Source of the DNA: Candidatus Lustribacter sp.
GTDB lineage: Bacteria > Vulcanimicrobiota > Vulcanimicrobiia > Vulcanimicrobiales > Vulcanimicrobiaceae
NCBI GenBank assembly: GCA_965277805.1
Contig: OZ255842.1
Coordinates: 5,312,001 to 5,376,000 of the forward strand
Direction of reading: 5' to 3'
DNA: 64,000 nucleotides
The position numbers and the translations under genes were made by a program. The notes under the pieces were generated by a model. The model ran no database searches and was not told the DNA's origin. It worked only from the letters and a program-made list of their open reading frames with translations. Of this stretch, positions 55,568 to 64,000 are shown piece by piece (position 1 is the first letter of the stretch; every line of letters starts with the position of its first letter).

Positions 55568-56973
55568 GCCAGGCCCTTCGCGATCGTGTCGATCTCGCGC
55601 TGCGTCGAGGCGATAGAGATCGCGACCATATCGGGATTGGGCGAGCCGCTGGTGCGCTTCGCCCGGATCGATGCCGCACCGTCGAGCGGCGCTTCGGCCA
55701 CGCCGATCGCCTCGATGTCGCCGTCGTCGAGCGCGCGGCCCTGCCGTTCGGCCAGCAGCACGCGCTCGCCGACGGCCGCATGCGCTTCGCGCGCCGTCGC
55801 GCCGCGTGCGATCATCGCATCGGCCAGATCGGTTGCCACCGTGTAGCCCTCGGCGGCGCGCGCTTCCATCGCGTCGGCGTTAAAGTGGAGATGCGTGAAG
55901 GCGCGCGCGAAGGCGTCGAGCGCGGCCAGTGCGTGTTCGGTGCCGTGCACGATCTGGGCTTTGGTTTCTTGCAGATCGCGATGATATGAGAGGCCGATGC
56001 CGCTCGTGCTGGCGAGCGCGCCCGCATATGTGCCGAGCGTGCGCGCGGCGGCGGCCCGCACGAGTTCGAACGGATCCGGGTTTTTCTTCTGCGGCATCAG
56101 GCTCGAACCGGTTGCGGCGGCGTCGCCGAGCCGGGCGTAACCGAACGCCGGTGTCGTCCACAGCACGAATTCTTCGCTCGGTCGCGACGCCGCAACCACC
56201 GCGCGCGCGGCGGCGTGCAGCAGGTCGAGCGCGACGTCGCGATCGCCGACCGTATCGAGCGCGTTGCGCGAGGGTTCGCCGAAGCCGAGTTCGCGCGCGG
56301 CCGCAACGCGGTCGAGCGGCAACGACGAGCCGGCGAGTGCCGACGAGCCGAGCGGGCAGAAGCGCGCGGCGTCGCTCGCGACGCGCGCAAAACGGGTCGC
56401 GGCGCGCACGAAACCTTGCGCGGCGGCGTCGAGCCAGAACGCGAGCGAGACGGGTTGCGCGGGCTGCCAGTGCGTGGTGGCGGCGAGCAGCGTGCCGTCC
56501 TCCAGCGCGCCGAGCGCGCGTTCCTCGAGCGCGGCTGCGATGCCCAGTGCCAGCTGCGCACCCTTGGCGGCGCGGTCGCGCGCGTAGAGCAGCAACGTCG
56601 TTGCAACTTGATCGTTCCGGCTGCGTCCGGCATGTAAGGATGCCCCGGCTTCGGGCGCGAGTTCCCGCACCCGCGCGTCGATCGCGCCGTGAATGTCTTC
56701 GAACGTGCCGGCGCGCGCGAACGCGATCAGCGTGCCGTCGGCGATTTCGTCGGCGACGACGTCGAGGGCTGCGTGCAACTCGCCCGCCGCGACGCCGGTG
56801 AGCAAGCCGCCGCCTTCGAGCGCGGTGACGTGCGCGCGCGAACAGCGCACGTCGAACGGCGCCAGGACCAAATCGTCTTCGAGCGAGGAGCCGAAGGCGA
56901 TCAACGCGGCGTCGGGGGCAACGGCAAACCGTCCGCCCCACTGCAGCGCCGCAGCTTCACCCGTCGTAGCCAT
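55564..56973 (-). CDS. argH: Argininosuccinate lyase
   Basis: WGGRF, EDIH, HAGRSRNDQVAT and GSSLMPQKKNPD. Confidence 0.96.
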   Translation of the reverse strand: MATTGEAAALQWGGRFAVAPDAALIAFGSSLEDDLVLAPFDVRCSRAHVTALEGGGLLTGVAAGELHAALDVVADEIADGTLIAFARAGTFEDIHGAIDARVRELAPEAGASLHAGRSRNDQVATTLLLYARDRAAKGAQLALGIAAALEERALGALEDGTLLAATTHWQPAQPVSLAFWLDAAAQGFVRAATRFARVASDAARFCPLGSSALAGSSLPLDRVAAARELGFGEPSRNALDTVGDRDVALDLLHAAARAVVAASRPSEEFVLWTTPAFGYARLGDAAATGSSLMPQKKNPDPFELVRAAAARTLGTYAGALASTSGIGLSYHRDLQETKAQIVHGTEHALAALDAFARAFTHLHFNADAMEARAAEGYTVATDLADAMIARGATAREAHAAVGERVLLAERQGRALDDGDIEAIGVAEAPLDGAASIRAKRTSGSPNPDMVAISIASTQREIDTIAKGLA

Positions 56974-57464
56974 TACGTGCCGGCGCGCATGTCTTCGAAG
57001 CGCTGCATGACCATGGTCAGCTTCTCGGGATCGTCGATGATCACGAGAACCGTATCGTCGCCGCCGAGCGTGCCGAGAATTTCCGGCCAGTCGGCCCCGT
57101 CGATCGCCGCGGAAACCATCATCGCGCTGCCGGGCGGGGTGCGCAAGACGATCTGATTCACGCTGCCGCGCACGCTGCCGACCAGCTCGGCGATGATGCG
57201 GTGCAGGCGTGAGGAGAACATCGGTCCGACGTTCGGCTCGATGTACTTGAACTGGTTGCCGCCGCCGCCCTTGAGCGGCACCTTCATCAGGCCGAGTTCC
57301 TTGATGTCGCGTGAAATCGTCGCCTGCGTGACCTCGTAGCCTTGCGCTTCGAGCAGCGCTACGAGTTCTTCTTGCGAGCGTACGGGCCGCGCGGCGATCA
57401 GCGCGAGGATCGCGCGCTGGCGCTTCGTTTTTGGTTGGAGCAGATTCGCGTCGACGACGTTCAC
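56973..57464 (-). CDS. argR: Arginine repressor
   Basis: RQRAILALI..SQEEL..VTQATISRDIKEL and EILGTLGGDDT. GTG start overlaps the argF stop. Confidence 0.95.
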   Translation of the reverse strand: MNVVDANLLQPKTKRQRAILALIAARPVRSQEELVALLEAQGYEVTQATISRDIKELGLMKVPLKGGGGNQFKYIEPNVGPMFSSRLHRIIAELVGSVRGSVNQIVLRTPPGSAMMVSAAIDGADWPEILGTLGGDDTVLVIIDDPEKLTMVMQRFEDMRAGT

Positions 57465-58435
57465 AGATCTTCTCCTAATCCGCGCAAGTCGGTCATCAGT
57501 GCGAGCAGCAGCGCCTTCTGCGCGTGCATCCGGTTTTCGGCCTGGTCGAACACGACGCTTTGCGGCCCGTCGATCACGCCGGCGGTGACTTCTTCGCCGC
57601 GATGCGCCGGGAGGCAATGCATGAAGAGCGCGTGCGGGGCCGCGGCCGCCATCAGTTCTTCGTTGACCTGATAGGCCCGCAGCGCGGCGGCGTTGCGTTC
57701 ACTGTAGGCTTCCTCGCCCATCGACGTCCACACGTCGGTGTAGACGACGTCGACGTCGCGCACGGCCCGCAGCGGGCTCGTGAACGCACGCGCGGTGACG
57801 TTGTAATTCTTGCCGAGCTCGACCACGCGCGCCAGCAGCGCATCCGGCGGGCGGTGCGTGATCGGCGACGCGAACGTGACCGACATTCCGCTCATCGCGG
57901 CGGCTTCGGCCAGCGAAAACGCCATGTTGTTCTTGCCGTCGCCTACATAGGCGAGCCGCAGCCCGTGCAGCGTGCCGAAACGTTCCTTGATCGTGAGCAT
58001 GTCGGCCAGGGCCTGACACGGGTGCGCGGCTTGCGAGAGACCGTTGATCACGGGCACGGTCGACGCGGCGGCAAAGCGCTGTAGGGGTTCGTGCTCGTGG
58101 GTGCGCACGACGATCGCGTCGGCATAGCGCGAGAGCACGCGCGCGACGTCCTCGGGCGTCTCACGCTTGCCGAGCAAGAAGTCGTGCCCGTGCGCCACGA
58201 CGGCGTGCCCGCCCAGCTGCGTCATCCCGATCTCGAACGAAACCCGCGTCCGCAGGCTCGGCTTCTCGAAGAGCATGGCCAGGCTCTTGTTCTGGAGGAA
58301 GTGCTGCTGCTCGCGGCCGGCTTCTTTGAGCGCACGGGCCGTACCGAGCAGGCTCGCCAGCTCGTCGGGGGAGAGGTCCAGCATCGTCAGCACGTTGCGC
58401 CCACGCAGGCGCCCGGCTGCAGGCATCGCTAACAT
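57461..58435 (-). CDS. argF: Ornithine carbamoyltransferase
   Basis: FEKPSLRTR, HPCQALAD, YTDVWTSMG, MHCLPAHRGEE and QAENR. Confidence 0.96.
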   Translation of the reverse strand: MLAMPAAGRLRGRNVLTMLDLSPDELASLLGTARALKEAGREQQHFLQNKSLAMLFEKPSLRTRVSFEIGMTQLGGHAVVAHGHDFLLGKRETPEDVARVLSRYADAIVVRTHEHEPLQRFAAASTVPVINGLSQAAHPCQALADMLTIKERFGTLHGLRLAYVGDGKNNMAFSLAEAAAMSGMSVTFASPITHRPPDALLARVVELGKNYNVTARAFTSPLRAVRDVDVVYTDVWTSMGEEAYSERNAAALRAYQVNEELMAAAAPHALFMHCLPAHRGEEVTAGVIDGPQSVVFDQAENRMHAQKALLLALMTDLRGLGEDL

Positions 58436-58471
58436 TGCATAATTATACATCTTCTGCATATAAAGGGTCAA
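58434..58471 (-). promoter_or_regulatory. arg operon promoter overlapped by ARG box(es)
   Basis: Minus strand TTGACC-N18-TATAAT. ARG-box-like imperfect palindrome TGCATAATTATACA (58436-58449) plus a weaker second half-site TGCATATA (58455). Confidence 0.82.
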
Positions 58472-58515
58472 GCCCGGCATCGGGAGACCCCGGCGGGACG
58501 GCGAAGGCCCCGGCG

Positions 58516-59400
58516 ATGGAAACGTTCGTTCCACTGATCAGCTCCCGGCGCGTCGGTCCGCTCGGCATGGCTCACTTGCCGCGATTCTGGGTGAAAATGC
58601 GCGCCCATGCCGTGGGGCTGCTCGCTGAGGGCTACCGCCACGGCTCGGGTGGCACGGATGAACATCTGCTGACGACGTTCGGGATCGACCTGGACGCGTT
58701 CACCGCCTTCATCGCGACCGCGCCCGACTATTTTCAGTGCGAGGCCTGGGTGCGCGAGAATGCCGCCGATACGTCGCCCGAGAAGATTCGCGCGTTCACC
58801 GACCATTGGCTCACGTTCGATATGCCCGAGCCGCGTCAGTCGGAATGGGCCGCGCGGTTCGGCCTCACCGCCGGCACGTACACCAAGGCGATGGCGCTCA
58901 ACGAACTCGACGACTGGGATCTCGTGCACCAACAGCTGCGCGCGCCGGATGCTCCGAAGACGCCGCTCGTGCCGGCGATCAGCAGCGCGCTAGCCGGTCC
59001 GCTCGGCGCGCTGCACGTGCCGCGCATGTGGATCAAACGTCGCGTGTACGCCGTAGGCCGGTTGCCCGAAGGTTATCGCATCGGCGCGAAGGGCTTCGAT
59101 GCGAAAGTTGCCGAGATCCTCGGGTTCGACTACGATGCGTTCGCCGCATATATCGATGCCGAAGCACCGAGCTATCTTGCCACCGAAGCGTGGCTGCGCG
59201 AGAACGCGAAAACGCTGAACGCCGAAACGATCGCCGCACTCAACAAGCACGTGCTCGCGACGAAACTGCCGGAAGCGTATGCGCCCGGCATGCGCGCGCG
59301 TTTGGGTTTACCCGATTCGTACGTCTTGAGCATTCCGATCAACGACCTCGACGATTGGTTTGAATTGCACGAAGCGCTCAAGGCCGTCGCGCCGGTTTAG
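58516..59400 (+). CDS. Tandem-duplicated DUF5069-like protein
   Basis: Two homologous halves: VPLISS..VGPLGMAHLPRFW.K and VPAISS..AGPLGALHVPRMW.K, ending NELDDW and NDLDDW respectively. Confidence 0.75.
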   Translation: METFVPLISSRRVGPLGMAHLPRFWVKMRAHAVGLLAEGYRHGSGGTDEHLLTTFGIDLDAFTAFIATAPDYFQCEAWVRENAADTSPEKIRAFTDHWLTFDMPEPRQSEWAARFGLTAGTYTKAMALNELDDWDLVHQQLRAPDAPKTPLVPAISSALAGPLGALHVPRMWIKRRVYAVGRLPEGYRIGAKGFDAKVAEILGFDYDAFAAYIDAEAPSYLATEAWLRENAKTLNAETIAALNKHVLATKLPEAYAPGMRARLGLPDSYVLSIPINDLDDWFELHEALKAVAPV

Positions 59401-59401
59401 C

Positions 59402-60298
59402 GTGCGGCGCGCGGGGGCGTTCCTTCGTCTCGCGCGGCCGGTCTTTTTGATCGGCGGCTTCGCCGGATTCGGTCTCGGTGCGGCGGTCGCGCGCTTCGAC
59501 GGCTATGCGCTCGACTGGCGCGCCTATCTGCTGGGTCAGCTCATCGTCACGTCGTTTCACCTGATGGTGCATTTCGGTAACGACTATTTCGATCGCGAAA
59601 CCGACATGGCGGGCGCGCGGACGCCGTGGTCCGGCGGCAGCGGCGTGCTGCCCGAAGGTGCGCTGCCCGCCTGGGTTGCGCTCGCCGCCGCGTGCGCGTG
59701 CGCTGCGGCCGGCTGTGCTGCGACGCTCGTCGCCGTCGCGAACGGTGCGTACGCGCTCGCCGGCGTGGGGCTCGCCATCGGAGCGCTGGCCTGGGCCTAC
59801 AGCGCACCACCGTTCCGTTTGCTCGCGCGCGGTCTCGGCGAACTCGATACCGTGACGGTGGTCGCGCTGCTCGTTCCGCTCGCCGGGTACGCTGCGTTCG
59901 CGCACACGCTGGCCGGGCACGCGTTCATCGCGGCGGTTCCCGGCGCGTGCGCGATGTTTGCGATGATGCTCGCGGTGGAGATGCCCGACGTGTCTGCGGA
60001 TGCTGCGAGCGGCAAACGGAATCTCGTCGTGCGCTGGGGTATTGCGAGTGCCGCTGTCGCCGCGCGTACCTTCGCATCGGGCGCCGTCCTGCTGCTGCTC
60101 TTCGTCGGCAGCACGACGTTCGGCGCACCGCCGCCGGCGTTCGTGGCGGTGATTCCGGTTGCGATTGTAGCGGCGGCCTTCGCCGCACCGCAATACGTCG
60201 CGCACCTATCGTTCGCGACGTTTCCGTTTCTCGGAGTAGCGCTCTACGGGCTCACGACGTGCGCCGGTATCGTCATCGTCCTGACGGGCGCGGCCTAA
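59402..60298 (+). CDS. UbiA-family prenyltransferase (MenA-like)
   Basis: NDYFD and PD...D...GKRNL motifs, YSAPPFRL, multiple TM. Confidence 0.85.
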   Translation: MRRAGAFLRLARPVFLIGGFAGFGLGAAVARFDGYALDWRAYLLGQLIVTSFHLMVHFGNDYFDRETDMAGARTPWSGGSGVLPEGALPAWVALAAACACAAAGCAATLVAVANGAYALAGVGLAIGALAWAYSAPPFRLLARGLGELDTVTVVALLVPLAGYAAFAHTLAGHAFIAAVPGACAMFAMMLAVEMPDVSADAASGKRNLVVRWGIASAAVAARTFASGAVLLLLFVGSTTFGAPPPAFVAVIPVAIVAAAFAAPQYVAHLSFATFPFLGVALYGLTTCAGIVIVLTGAA

Positions 60299-60738
60299 CT
60301 CTTGCGGCTGGCGTTCAGCGTGGTCGGAATCGTGTGCAGCGCTTTGCCGATCGGGCAAGATTCCTTCGCCGTTTGAGCGAGCTGCGCAAACTCATCGTCG
60401 AGAATTCCGCCTACCACGACCACCGTCGTCAGTTCGATCGAGGGGATCGCGAAACCGCCGTCCTGACGGTGCAAATGCACCTTTGCGGTCGTATCGATCG
60501 AGGCCGGCGAGTGCCCGGCGCGCGTCAGCGTGGCGTCGAGGGCCATGGTGAAACACGCGGCCAGCGAGGCGCCCAGCAATTCTTCGGGATTGGTGCCGGG
60601 CTCGCCGGCGAAGCGGGTGCCGAACGAGTAGTCGGCTTCGATCTTTCCGCTGCCGGTCTTGATCGTGCCGCGACCTTTAGCTACATCGCCTTCCCAATGA
60701 ACGGAGGCGGTGCGAGCGATATCTTCGGGAACGTGCAT
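60295..60738 (-). CDS. osmC: OsmC-family peroxiredoxin
   Basis: ASVHWEG..KGRG, YSFGTRF, GTNPEELLGASLAACF and AKESCPIGKAL. This is the C-terminal 147 aa of the track ORF. Confidence 0.93.
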   Translation of the reverse strand: MHVPEDIARTASVHWEGDVAKGRGTIKTGSGKIEADYSFGTRFAGEPGTNPEELLGASLAACFTMALDATLTRAGHSPASIDTTAKVHLHRQDGGFAIPSIELTTVVVVGGILDDEFAQLAQTAKESCPIGKALHTIPTTLNASRKS

Positions 60739-60813
60739 GCCGCCCAAAAGGCGGTCATCGCAGCGCGGGTTGCGCCGCGGTTCTCGTTGCACGACCGGCG
60801 AAGGTAGGCGCCG

Positions 60814-62172
60814 ATGCAGGAGGACCTCGACCGGGCCCGGCGGCTGGCCGATCTCGACCGCACGGATGAAGCGCGCGAAGCCTATCTGCAACTGCTCGCC
60901 CGCGCGCCGGACGATCTGCGCGCGCTGAACGACTTCGGCTCGTTTCTCATGCGGGGCGGTTACCGTGCCGCCGCGCGAACGGTCTACCAGCGCGCGCTCG
61001 CAGTCGATCCGCAGTCGGCGCTGGCGCACGCCAATCTCGCCAACGTGCTCTTCGCCGATACGGCGTACGACGACGCGCGAGCGCACTATGAAGCCGCGCT
61101 CGCGATCGAGCCGAACAACGCGGCCGCGCATCAAGGCCTCAGTTATGCGCTCACGCGGCTCGGACGCGACGCTGAAGCGCTGGTGCACCGGCGGCTGGGT
61201 TTCACCGGCCGCGCGCTGACCACCGCACCGTATCGTGGCGCGGGCCGTCCGGTCGACGTGCTGCTGTGCGTCTGCGCCGGCGGCGGCACGCTCTACACCG
61301 ATACATTCCTCGACGATCGCATCTTCCGCGTCACGACCTTGGTCGCCGACGTCTACGACGGAACGCCCGCGCTGCCGCCCGTTGACGTCGTGTTCAATGC
61401 GATCAGCGATGCGGATCGCGCCGGCGCCGCGCTGACGGCGGTCGACCGGTTCTTGGCGCAGAACGCGCGACCGCTGATCAATGCGCCCGCACGCGTCCTC
61501 GCCACCGCGCGTGCCGCCGGTGCCGCACGGCTGGCCGCGATCGACGGCGTCGTCGTGCCGCGCATCGCGACGGTGCCGCTGGCAGCGCTGCGCAGTTCGC
61601 CGGCGGACACCGTCGCGATGCACGGCTTCGCGTTCCCGCTGCTCGTGCGCGCGCCTGGATTTCACACCGGACAGCATTTCGTGCGCGTTGCGAGCGCCGG
61701 CGAAATCGGCGCCGCGATCGCCGGGTTTCCCGGTGACGATGCGCTCGTGATCGAGTACATCGACCTGCGCGGCGATGACGGGCGGGTGCGCAAGTATCGC
61801 GTGATGATGGTCGGCGGCACACTCTACCCGATGCACGTCGCGGTGTCGCGCGAGTGGAAGGTACACTATTTTAGCGCCGATATGGCATCGGACGCCGCGA
61901 ACCGGGCCGAGGACGAGCGTTTTCTGGCCGATCCGGTGAGCGCAATCGGGGCCCAAGCGTGGGCGCAGCTGGGCCGGATTCGCGAGGCGCTCGGGCTCGA
62001 GTACGCCGGCATCGATTTCGGAATCGACCGCGCCGGACGTGTGGTCGTCTTTGAGGCGAACGCAACGATGATCGTGCTGCCGCCCGGACCCGACACGATC
62101 TGGGATTATCGCCGCGCACCGGTCGCACGCATCGTCGACGCAGTTCGCGCGCTGCTGCTTGCTCCTCAATGA
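60814..62172 (+). CDS. TPR-repeat protein with C-terminal ATP-grasp (RimK-like) domain
   Basis: N-terminal TPRs (YQRALAVDP, YEAALAIEP), then FPLLVR, IEYID, RKYRV and GIDF...VFEANA. Confidence 0.82.
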   Translation: MQEDLDRARRLADLDRTDEAREAYLQLLARAPDDLRALNDFGSFLMRGGYRAAARTVYQRALAVDPQSALAHANLANVLFADTAYDDARAHYEAALAIEPNNAAAHQGLSYALTRLGRDAEALVHRRLGFTGRALTTAPYRGAGRPVDVLLCVCAGGGTLYTDTFLDDRIFRVTTLVADVYDGTPALPPVDVVFNAISDADRAGAALTAVDRFLAQNARPLINAPARVLATARAAGAARLAAIDGVVVPRIATVPLAALRSSPADTVAMHGFAFPLLVRAPGFHTGQHFVRVASAGEIGAAIAGFPGDDALVIEYIDLRGDDGRVRKYRVMMVGGTLYPMHVAVSREWKVHYFSADMASDAANRAEDERFLADPVSAIGAQAWAQLGRIREALGLEYAGIDFGIDRAGRVVVFEANATMIVLPPGPDTIWDYRRAPVARIVDAVRALLLAPQ

Positions 62173-62202
62173 GCCCGGACGACCCGTCGCGTATCACCCG
62201 GG

Positions 62203-63378
62203 ATGCACGCTCAAGTCGGAATCGTGGGAGCGGGGCCGGCCGGCCTCGTGCTCTCGCACTTGCTCCATCGTGCCGGCATCGAGTCGGTCATCGTGGAGGC
62301 GCGTTCGCGCGAGTATTGCGAAGGCCGCATCCGGGCCGGCGTGCTGGAACACGGCAGCGTCGATCTGCTCAACGCGACCGGCCTCGGCGTACGGATGACG
62401 CGCGAGGGTTTGGTCCACAACGGCATCTACTTGCGCTTCGGCGGACGCAGCCACCATCTCGACTTTGCCGAACTGACCGGCAAGCAGATCATGGTCTATG
62501 GCCAGCACGAAATCGTGAAGGACGTCATTGCCGCGCGGCTCGCAGCCGGCGGCCAGATTCTGTTTGAATCGAGCGACGTTTCGATCGAACGCTTCGATAC
62601 GGCGCAGCCCTCGATTCGCTTTCACGACGCCGGCGGCAACGCGCAACGACTCACCTGCGATTTCATTGCCGGTTGCGACGGTTTCCACGGCATCTGCCGT
62701 CCGAGCATTCCCGACGGAGAACTGGCGTTCTTCGACCGCATCTATCCGTTCGCGTGGCTCGGCATTCTGGCCGATGCGCCGCCCGTGTGCGAAGAGCTGA
62801 TCTACTCCAACACCGACCGCGGCTTCGCGCTGTTCAGTCAGCGCTCGCCCACCGTACAGCGGTATTACTTGCAGTGCACGCCGGATGAAGACATCAACGA
62901 ATGGCCCGACGCGCGCATTTGGCACGAGCTGCAAGCGCGTCTGCAGGGCGAAGACCCGCCCGAGCTGGTCGAAGGCGTGATCACGCAAAAAGGCGTCACC
63001 GCGATGCGCAGCTTCGTCACCGAGCCGATGCAGTACGGACGCTTGTTTCTAGCCGGCGACGCCGCGCACATCGTGCCGCCGACCGGTGCGAAGGGCATGA
63101 ACCTCGCGCTGGCCGATGTCGTGGCGCTCTCAGCCGGAATCGAGCGCTACTACCGCGACGGATCGATGAGCACGCTCGACGGCTATTCCGCGCAGGTGCT
63201 CAATCGCGTGTGGCGAGCCGAGCGTTTTTCCTGGTGGATGACCTCGATGCTCCACCGCTTCGACAACCAGACCGCGTTCGATCGCAAACTGCAATTCTCC
63301 GAACTCGAATACATCACGAGCTCGCGCGCTGGGGCGCAGAGCCTGGCCGAGAACTACGTTGGCTTCGCGATGATCTGA
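62203..63378 (+). CDS. pobA: 4-hydroxybenzoate 3-monooxygenase
   Basis: GAGPAGL, RIRAGVLE, VYGQ, GCDGFHG, YPFAWLG, GDAAHIVPPTGAKGMN and AENYVG. Confidence 0.96.
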   Translation: MHAQVGIVGAGPAGLVLSHLLHRAGIESVIVEARSREYCEGRIRAGVLEHGSVDLLNATGLGVRMTREGLVHNGIYLRFGGRSHHLDFAELTGKQIMVYGQHEIVKDVIAARLAAGGQILFESSDVSIERFDTAQPSIRFHDAGGNAQRLTCDFIAGCDGFHGICRPSIPDGELAFFDRIYPFAWLGILADAPPVCEELIYSNTDRGFALFSQRSPTVQRYYLQCTPDEDINEWPDARIWHELQARLQGEDPPELVEGVITQKGVTAMRSFVTEPMQYGRLFLAGDAAHIVPPTGAKGMNLALADVVALSAGIERYYRDGSMSTLDGYSAQVLNRVWRAERFSWWMTSMLHRFDNQTAFDRKLQFSELEYITSSRAGAQSLAENYVGFAMI

Positions 63379-64000
63379 CGGCGTTCGACCGCGAGCGTGA
63401 ACGCGAGGCCGGCCAGCACGAGCGCGCTCGAGATCGCGAAGATCTGAGCGTAGCCCGCGGGGTCGTGCTGCAATACGATTGCCACAAGCGCGGGGCCCGC
63501 GGCGGCGCCCGCGATGCGCAGCAAACTGAAAAAGCCGATCCCCGCACCGTAACGCCCGGCCGCCGTTTGCGTTGCACCGGACGCGCCGGCCGTATATTCC
63601 GCGGCCAACGCGGCGCCGAGCAGCAGCATCGCCGGGAAGAACATCCAGAGACCGAGTTGCAAGTATGCCGTCACGGCGAGCAATGCGGTGCCGGCGGCAA
63701 CCGCGATCAGCCCGAGCTGAATCGTGACGCCGCTGCCGTAGCGCCGCACGAGAACGCTCGAGAACGGTGCGATCAGCGCCATCGCGAGCGGCATCGTCAA
63801 CGTGATGAAGCCCGCCGCCGCAACGGGCACCGCCAGCACTTGCTGCAGGTAGAGCGGAATCCCGAGCAGCGCTGCCGCAAACGCGAGCGTCGAGCCGAAG
63901 ATGCCGATGCAACTCGTGACGTACGATGGTTCGCGGAATGCCTGCGGCGAGACGAACGGCTCGCGCGCCGTGCGAATCACCCAAACGAACGCCAGCAAAC
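63354..64000 (-). CDS. MFS transporter, 3' part; starts beyond the window
   Basis: Multiple TM helices. Its 3' end overlaps the pobA 3' end by 25 nt. Confidence 0.8.
   Translation of the reverse strand, partial: LLAFVWVIRTAREPFVSPQAFREPSYVTSCIGIFGSTLAFAAALLGIPLYLQQVLAVPVAAAGFITLTMPLAMALIAPFSSVLVRRYGSGVTIQLGLIAVAAGTALLAVTAYLQLGLWMFFPAMLLLGAALAAEYTAGASGATQTAAGRYGAGIGFFSLLRIAGAAAGPALVAIVLQHDPAGYAQIFAISSALVLAGLAFTLAVERRQIIAKPT

Noticed and set aside
60295-62169. 624-aa OsmC fusion from the ORF track
   Set aside because: Only the last 147 aa are OsmC. The rest is antisense to the TPR/ATP-grasp gene.
1-64000. tRNA, rRNA, prophage, integrase, transposase or defence systems
   Set aside because: None recognised by eye. 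Intergenic spaces are short and mostly accounted for, but a covariance-model scan is still needed to exclude small ncRNAs.

Overview
GC-rich bacterial chromosomal window of about 55 genes. I found no rRNA, tRNA, CRISPR array, prophage or transposase. The core genes are Terrabacteria-like: dnaK (partial), htrA, rnj, ftsK, mnmA, rodZ-yajQ-rimO, an LCP protein, secA, frameshifted prfB, family-4 UDG, rlmN, dimeric glyQS, the argF-R-H-C-J-D operon, a menA-like prenyltransferase, osmC and pobA. A TonB-dependent-receptor-like outer-membrane protein is also present. That mix suggests a diderm Terrabacteria lineage such as Eremiobacterota/Vulcanimicrobiota, which is an unverified inference. There are three accessory blocks: a receptor plus lipoprotein pair under an 11-bp-periodic operator; an ~11 kb insert between secA and prfB carrying a nonsense-interrupted diguanylate cyclase, lipoproteins, a PadR regulator and an ABC operon with an embedded Rieske oxygenase; and an IclR-esterase-SnoaL-flavin monooxygenase-binding protein cluster. 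The most notable unexplained structure is a family of REP/REPIN-like palindromic elements (TGTCATCCCGAGC...GCTCGGGATGACA, two full and two solo copies), three of which sit at the centre of a mirror-image C/G strand skew in the flanking genes. Also notable are a probable ACG start codon in a TAACG overlap, several apparently leaderless promoters, and ECF-type promoter motifs upstream of dnaK, htrA and secA. All family assignments come from motif recognition by eye; no database searches were run.
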